Below, in pieces: positions 58,577 through 64,000 of a stretch of 64,000 nucleotides of DNA. The stretch is from NCBI GenBank assembly GCA_047602405.1, contig JASGHJ010000002.1:2208001-2272000 (forward strand), written 5' to 3'. The notes beneath the pieces are model-generated. The model was not told where the DNA came from, searched no databases, and saw nothing but the letters and a program-made list of their open reading frames with translations. Origin of the DNA: Anaeromyxobacteraceae bacterium. Lineage in GTDB: Bacteria > Myxococcota > Myxococcia > Myxococcales > Anaeromyxobacteraceae. Made by a program: the position numbers and the translations under genes. Every line of letters starts with the position of its first letter. Within the stretch, counting starts at the first letter, position 1.

Positions 58577-60577
58577 CTAGCGGGCCGCGCTCGCGCCCGC
58601 CGCCTGCAGGTGCTGCTTCAGGAAGAGCAGCGACTTGCCGAGCATGTGCACCTGGTTCTCGCGCTTGCCCGCGCCGTGCCCCTCGTCCGGGTAGATCACG
58701 AGCTCGACGGGCAGGCCGCGCCCGGCGATCGCGTCGTGGATCTGCACGGCCTCGCCGACCGGCACGCGCGGGTCGTTCGCGCCCTGGAGCACGAGGAGCG
58801 GCCCCTTCACGCGCTCCACGTAGGTCACCGGCGAGAGCTTCACGAGCGCGTCGCGATCCTTCTCCGGATCGCCGTACTCGGTGGCGCGCAGGATCCGGCG
58901 GTACGGGGCGGTGTTCTCGAGGAACGTGACGAGGTTCGCGATGCCGACGATCGAGACGCCCGCGTCGTAGGCGCCGGCGAACAGGGTCATGCCGACGAGC
59001 GCGGAGTAGCCGCCGTAGCTGCCGCCCTCGATGGCGACCTTCGGCTCCTTGCCGTCGACGGCGAAGGCCTTCCTCGCCCAGTGCGCCGCGTCCTCGATGT
59101 CGGTGATGATCTGGAGCCGCTTCGGCCCGTTGTCGGCGTCGATCCAGGTCCGGCCGTAGCCGTCGCTCCCGCGGACGTTCGGCTGCACGAACACGAAGCC
59201 CTGGTCCACGAACGCCTGCGCCCAGGTGGAGAACCCCGCCTCGGACTGGCCCTCCGGGCCGCCGTGGAACTCCACCACGACCGGGCAGGGCGCGGGCTCG
59301 CAGCGCGCGGGCCGGCGCACGAACGCCGGGATCCGCGTGCCGTCGCGCGCCGGGTAGCTCTCGAGCGTGGCGCGGGCGAACCGCGAGGTGTCGATCTCGG
59401 GCGAGCTCGGGACCACCCACCGCGCGAGCTTGCCGGTCTTCCAGTCGAGCACGTAGCTCGAGCGCGGCGCGGTGGCGGTGACGATGCCGAAGGCCTGGAA
59501 GCGCCCGTCGCGCGTCGCGGCGCCCGCGAAGACGTGGTCCGCCTCCTTGAAGGACGGGACCGGGAGCGCCCGGTAGGTGCGGGCGTCGAGGGCGAAGAGC
59601 CGCGTGTAGCCCGCCTCGTTCACCGTGTAGGTGATCCGGGCGCGGGAGCGGTCGATCGAGAAGCCCGACACGTCCCACTTCAGCTCCGGCGAGACCGGCT
59701 CGAGCTTGCCGCCGCGCGGGAGCCGGTAGAGCCGGCGGAACTCGCCCAGGCGCGGGGTCTGCACGAGGAGCACGCCGGGCTGCGCCGCGTAGGCGGCCTC
59801 GTACTCGCCCTTCTCGGCCTCGCCCACCCCGAGGAGCGCGGTGAGCTTGCCGGCGGGGTCGCGCTCCCACCACTCGCTCGTGAGCGAGCCCGTCTCCTTC
59901 TTGAGGAGGAGCGTCCCGTCGTCGCGGAGGTCCGCCACCGACCAGAGCCCGGGCTCCTCCACGAGGAGCTCCTTCCTGCCGGTCGCGAGCTCGTACCGGT
60001 AGACGGCGTAGGCGTCGGGCTTCCGGTCGTTCGCGTGGTAGTAGAGCCAGCGGCCGTCGCGGGACGTGGTGTCGGCGAAGGTCTGGACCCCGGCGACGTG
60101 CTGCACGGCGACCGGGGTGCCGCCGTCCGCGGGCATGAGGTAGACGCCCGGGTTCTCCTCGCCCTTGCGGTCGCGCTGCAGGACGAGGGTCTTGCCGTCC
60201 GGGGTGATCTCGACGAGCGACGTCCGCTCCTCCCCGCCGGTGAGCTGCACGGGGAAGCGATCGGGGCCGTCGAGCCGCCAGAGCTGCGGCGTGCCGGTGA
60301 CGCTCCACGTGAAGAAGAGGCGCTTGCCGTCGTCGCTCACCTGGCCCATGCCCGGCGCGCGCACGTCCATGAGCGACTGGATGCGCCGGGTGAGGACCGG
60401 ATCGAACGGCTTCGGCGCGAACCGGGCGAGCGTCTCGGGGGTGACGCTCGCGAGGCCGTGGCCCGCGTAGCCCTGGGGCTTCGCGGCGGCGGGCGCGGCG
60501 GCGGCCGCGGGCTTCGGCGCCGGCGCCGCCTGGGCGGCGGCGAGCGCGAGGAGGGTCGAGGCGGTGAGGAGGTTCAC
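58577..60577 (-). CDS. Secreted S9 family (prolyl oligopeptidase-like) peptidase
   Basis: FHGGPE, NVRGSDGYG, GGSYGG, QGANDPRV, DEGHG; N-terminal propeller. Confidence 0.9.
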   Translation of the reverse strand: MNLLTASTLLALAAAQAAPAPKPAAAAAPAAAKPQGYAGHGLASVTPETLARFAPKPFDPVLTRRIQSLMDVRAPGMGQVSDDGKRLFFTWSVTGTPQLWRLDGPDRFPVQLTGGEERTSLVEITPDGKTLVLQRDRKGEENPGVYLMPADGGTPVAVQHVAGVQTFADTTSRDGRWLYYHANDRKPDAYAVYRYELATGRKELLVEEPGLWSVADLRDDGTLLLKKETGSLTSEWWERDPAGKLTALLGVGEAEKGEYEAAYAAQPGVLLVQTPRLGEFRRLYRLPRGGKLEPVSPELKWDVSGFSIDRSRARITYTVNEAGYTRLFALDARTYRALPVPSFKEADHVFAGAATRDGRFQAFGIVTATAPRSSYVLDWKTGKLARWVVPSSPEIDTSRFARATLESYPARDGTRIPAFVRRPARCEPAPCPVVVEFHGGPEGQSEAGFSTWAQAFVDQGFVFVQPNVRGSDGYGRTWIDADNGPKRLQIITDIEDAAHWARKAFAVDGKEPKVAIEGGSYGGYSALVGMTLFAGAYDAGVSIVGIANLVTFLENTAPYRRILRATEYGDPEKDRDALVKLSPVTYVERVKGPLLVLQGANDPRVPVGEAVQIHDAIAGRGLPVELVIYPDEGHGAGKRENQVHMLGKSLLFLKQHLQAAGASAAR

Positions 60578-60650
60578 GGTCGGCTCCGATCGAGGGTCCC
60601 GTAGATGGAGACCTCGACCGGAGCCTCGTGACAAGGGCCTGGGCGGGGGC

Positions 60651-62462
60651 TCAGGCCGGGTTGGAGGCCCGCGCCCCGGAGGCGGCGGACGTGCCCCTCG
60701 CCCAGAACCGGGGAGGCACGTAGGCGAGGCCGATGATGAGCGCCTGCGACGCGCTGAACGCGGCGAGCGCCCAGAAGGCCTTGTCCATGAAGCCGTACGA
60801 GTGGAGGCCGACCCCGAGCATGTTCACCCCGAACCAGGACAGGCTCGTGATGACGTTGCCGACCACGGCCATCGCCATGATCCCGCGCTCGCGGGCGTAG
60901 CCGCCCCAGCGGGCGTGCAGGATGATCGCGTTCCAGAGCACGATGAGGAGCGCGCCGTTCTCCTTCGGGTCCCAGCCCCAGAACCGGCCCCAGGACTGGT
61001 CGGCCCAGATGCCGCCGAGGACGGTGCCGACGAAGCTGAAGAACACGGCGAAGCAGACCACGCCGTAGGTCATCGAGTAGAGCGTCTTGCTCACCCCGGC
61101 GTCGGTGCCGCCGAAGAGCCTCCAGACGATCCACGCGATGGCGAGGATCCCCGCGAAGTACGTCCCGGCGTAGCCGATGGTGATGGTGGTGACGTGGGTC
61201 GCGAGCCAGAAGTTCGAGTCGAGCACCGCCCGCATCATCTCCATCGTGTCGCCGTCCCGGGCGAGGTGATGGGCGATGATGAGCGTCGCGAAGCCGGACG
61301 CGGCGCCGACGAGGACGCCGAAGCCCTTCCTGTACATGCGCTCGAGCACGACCGCGACGATCACGGCGACCCAGCCCACGAACACGGCGGAGCTGTAGAG
61401 GTTCGTGACCGGCGGGCGGCCCTGCAGGATGGTGCGCGAGACGAGGCCGCCCGTGTGCACGATCGCGCCGGCGACGAGGAGGCCGAACGCGAGCGGGCGC
61501 AGGAGCTCGGGCTTCCAGAGCCAGGACGCGAAGAGCGCCAGCATCGCGAGCACGTAGATCACCATGCCCGCGTAGAACGGCTGGGCCTGGTTGAAGAGCC
61601 ACTCGTGGTTCGCCTGGCCGGTGAGGTCGGGGCGCAGGGTCCGCGCGTCGGCCTCGAGCGTCGCGAGCGCCGCGTTGAAGCTCGCCGGGTCCTGCCCGGT
61701 CCAGGCGAGGCCGAGCCGCGCCCAGTGCTCGAGCGCCGGGCCGGGGGCCCCGGCGGCGCCGGCGAGCGCCTCGCCCGTGGAGCGCCAGCCGTCCTCGCTG
61801 CCGGGCGGCGGCAGGAGGGGCCGGAAGTAGGCGAGCTGGGCGAGCGCCTGCGTCCGCTGGAAGCCCTCGGTCGTGCCACGCACCGCGAGCTCGACGGCGA
61901 GCCCGCCGCCGCCCGCGAGCTGCACGGTGTTCTTGAGCCGGTGGTACAGGTACACGCGCTCGAAGAGGTTCACGACCGCCGACTCGAACCGGCTGCGCTC
62001 CTTCGGGTCCTTGGGCTGCGCCGCGAGCGCCTGGGACTGGATCTCGTCGATGAACGGCAGGATCTGCTCGAAGCTGTAGTAGCGGTTCGTGCTCTGCGGG
62101 ATCTTCATGAGCCCGAGCACGTCCGGATCGTTGATGACGAAGATCGGCTGCTTGTCGGCGACCTCCGGCCGGAAGAGCACGTCGAGGAGCCACTCGTCGG
62201 CGTCGACCGTGCGCGCCTTCTCGGGCCCCGCCTCGCCGTCCGGGTCGAACCGGAAGCTCTGCTGGCTCCGGATCATGAGGAGCACGTTGCGGGCGATCGA
62301 GTCGACCGGCTTCACGCGCCCGCCCTCGAGCACCGGCAGGTGCCCGAAGCCGGTCACGTCGAACCCGCGCACGGGGCTCGCACCCCGCGCGCCGGCGAGG
62401 ACCGCGAGCACGGCGACCGCGCCGGCGACCCAGGGGAGCCACTTCACGAGCTTCGCGTTCAT
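60651..62462 (-). CDS. ccsA: Cytochrome c biogenesis protein CcsA/ResC with a large periplasmic domain
   Basis: GRVKPVDS, RPPVTNLYSS, WLATHV, WADQSWGRFWGWDPKE (WWD domain), GLHSY. Confidence 0.9.
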   Translation of the reverse strand: MNAKLVKWLPWVAGAVAVLAVLAGARGASPVRGFDVTGFGHLPVLEGGRVKPVDSIARNVLLMIRSQQSFRFDPDGEAGPEKARTVDADEWLLDVLFRPEVADKQPIFVINDPDVLGLMKIPQSTNRYYSFEQILPFIDEIQSQALAAQPKDPKERSRFESAVVNLFERVYLYHRLKNTVQLAGGGGLAVELAVRGTTEGFQRTQALAQLAYFRPLLPPPGSEDGWRSTGEALAGAAGAPGPALEHWARLGLAWTGQDPASFNAALATLEADARTLRPDLTGQANHEWLFNQAQPFYAGMVIYVLAMLALFASWLWKPELLRPLAFGLLVAGAIVHTGGLVSRTILQGRPPVTNLYSSAVFVGWVAVIVAVVLERMYRKGFGVLVGAASGFATLIIAHHLARDGDTMEMMRAVLDSNFWLATHVTTITIGYAGTYFAGILAIAWIVWRLFGGTDAGVSKTLYSMTYGVVCFAVFFSFVGTVLGGIWADQSWGRFWGWDPKENGALLIVLWNAIILHARWGGYARERGIMAMAVVGNVITSLSWFGVNMLGVGLHSYGFMDKAFWALAAFSASQALIIGLAYVPPRFWARGTSAASGARASNPA

Positions 62463-63649
62463 ACCGCCTCCGTCGTCGCGGCCCGGCCCGCCGCCGCTTC
62501 CGCCTTCTCCCGGCGCGCCATCGAGCGCCGGAACGTGATGCCGAAGTGCACGAGCAGCCCGAGGGCGACGAGCACGCACGAGACGTAAGGGACGAGCCAG
62601 CCCGGGTTCTCCACCACCTGCAGGATGGAGAGCGTGTCGTTCTCGCCGAAGCTCGACTGGTAGAACGTCTTGCCCTCGTAGCGCAGCGGCTGGTTCATGT
62701 AGATGAGCACGTCGCGGGACTCGCCGCGGACCGGGTTCGTGATGTGCACCTGGGACGAGAAGTTCTTCGGGATCTGCGTCCCCATGTAGACGTCGTGCCG
62801 GAACTCCCGGAGCGTGAGCGCGTACGGGAGGTACTCCCGGAGCGACCGCATCTGGAGCTCGTAGGTCCGCCCCAGGGCCTGGAAGCCCTGGGCCTGGCCG
62901 AGCGCGTTCGAGACGAGGAACGTGCCCATGCTCTGGCCGCCCACGAGCGGCTCCACGAGCGCGACCGACCGGTTGATCTCCTCGTCGCGCGAGACCGGCG
63001 GCAGCGGCGAGAACACGAGGTCGGTGCCCATCCCGGCGGTCGCGGCGCCGGGCGGATCCCCCTGCTTGCGCATGCCGAGGAACGCGTTGCGGTGGTAGGC
63101 GTGGATCTTGAGCGTGACGGGCGTGCCCGGCACCGGGATCGTGTCCCGGCGGGCGAGCGTGACCGCGGCGACCGAGTACACGTCGTCGGTCGCGGCGTCC
63201 GTCGTGTCGACGAGCGTGAGCTCCATCTCGCGCGGGCTCTGCACGAAGTTCACGGTCTCGCCGTTGTGGAAGGCGAGCTGCGTCTCCCGCTGCGCGAGGG
63301 CGGTGATGAACTCGCCCATCACGAGCAGCACGAGGCCGGCGTGGGCGATCCAGATGCCCGCCTTCGACCAGGTGCGCTGGAGCCTGCGGACCTGGGCGGA
63401 GATGAGGTTCACGAGGAGCACGAGCCCCACGAGGGCGCCGCCGGGCATCACCGGGATCCCGAAGCCCGAGCCGGTGGGGTGCCACCAGACGAGCCAGCTG
63501 CGCATGTACACCTCGACGGCGCCCCAGGTGCCGAGCGAGACCTGCGCGAGCGTGCAGGCGACGACGAGCACCATCAGCGCCGCGAGGCACACGATGGTGA
63601 GCTTCAGGGACGTGAAGAAGTCCCACACGAGCTCAGTTGGACGCTTCAC
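62459..63649 (-). CDS. Cytochrome c biogenesis protein ResB/CcsB-like
   Basis: SLKLTI..L, GIWIAHAG, MNQPLRYEGKTFYQSSF; overlaps the ccsA start (ATGA). Confidence 0.85.
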   Translation of the reverse strand: MKRPTELVWDFFTSLKLTIVCLAALMVLVVACTLAQVSLGTWGAVEVYMRSWLVWWHPTGSGFGIPVMPGGALVGLVLLVNLISAQVRRLQRTWSKAGIWIAHAGLVLLVMGEFITALAQRETQLAFHNGETVNFVQSPREMELTLVDTTDAATDDVYSVAAVTLARRDTIPVPGTPVTLKIHAYHRNAFLGMRKQGDPPGAATAGMGTDLVFSPLPPVSRDEEINRSVALVEPLVGGQSMGTFLVSNALGQAQGFQALGRTYELQMRSLREYLPYALTLREFRHDVYMGTQIPKNFSSQVHITNPVRGESRDVLIYMNQPLRYEGKTFYQSSFGENDTLSILQVVENPGWLVPYVSCVLVALGLLVHFGITFRRSMARREKAEAAAGRAATTEAV

Positions 63650-64000
63650 GGCGCAGGCTCCTGACGATCTCGAGGAAGTCCGGGCGCGCGGCGGCCACCG
63701 GGGCCGCCTCGCCGGTCATCTTCACGAACCACGAGTTGCCGTCGACGAGGCCGAGGCCCGCGACGAGGCGCTTCCCCTGCCCCTCGCTCGCGAAGTCGTA
63801 GACGTTGAACGCCCCCGCGGGCGTCTGGACCGCGCTGCGCGCCTTCGCCAGCGCGGCGTCGTCGATGGGCGCGAGCCCGATCTGGCCGCGCCAGCGGTTG
63901 ACGTTGGCGAGCTCGCCGCCGGCGTCGCCGGGCAGGAACGTGACCGAGACGTCGACCTTGCCCTGCACCGGCGCCCTGAGCGTCGCGTAGCGCATCCCGC
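63633..64000 (-). CDS. Conserved hypothetical protein upstream of the ccs genes (5' end outside the window)
   Basis: GGELANVNRWRGQIGL and SWFVKMTG motifs; overlaps the resB start. Confidence 0.65.
   Translation of the reverse strand, partial: GMRYATLRAPVQGKVDVSVTFLPGDAGGELANVNRWRGQIGLAPIDDAALAKARSAVQTPAGAFNVYDFASEGQGKRLVAGLGLVDGNSWFVKMTGEAAPVAAARPDFLEIVRSLRREASN

Overview
Very GC-rich bacterial DNA. Gene content (PEGA, HDOD, DUF2378-like and Cys-rich lipoproteins, poly-HAMP MCP, system II cytochrome c biogenesis) suggests an Anaeromyxobacter-like myxobacterium (inference). About 52 protein genes are supported, covering housekeeping metabolism (pfk, metB-like, malate synthase, ald, serC), transporters (Kef, CDF, MFS, ECF T/A, RND), DNA repair (Lhr, Nei), signalling and surface proteins. 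I saw no rRNA, tRNA, CRISPR array, transposase, integrase or phage genes. Eight genes carry 12 single-base frameshifts that look like sequencing/assembly errors, three of them at the same CAGATC->CAGAATC context. The strongest non-obvious signals are: (1) a hidden UxxC selenoprotein at 7411-7942 with a SECIS-like hairpin, missed by the ORF track; (2) an alternative sigma factor followed by a complete CarH-type B12-binding regulator, with a palindrome straddling its -35 box and no carotenoid genes in the window; (3) two dispersed repeat families, GTAG-REP-like elements and a MITE-like element abutting stop codons; (4) a hairpin-dense intergenic element at ~40975-41175; (5) a signalling cassette with a HisKA-only membrane protein lying between lhr and nei; (6) an orphan XylF-like binding protein directly behind a poly-HAMP chemoreceptor. 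All family assignments come from motif recognition by eye; no database searches were run.
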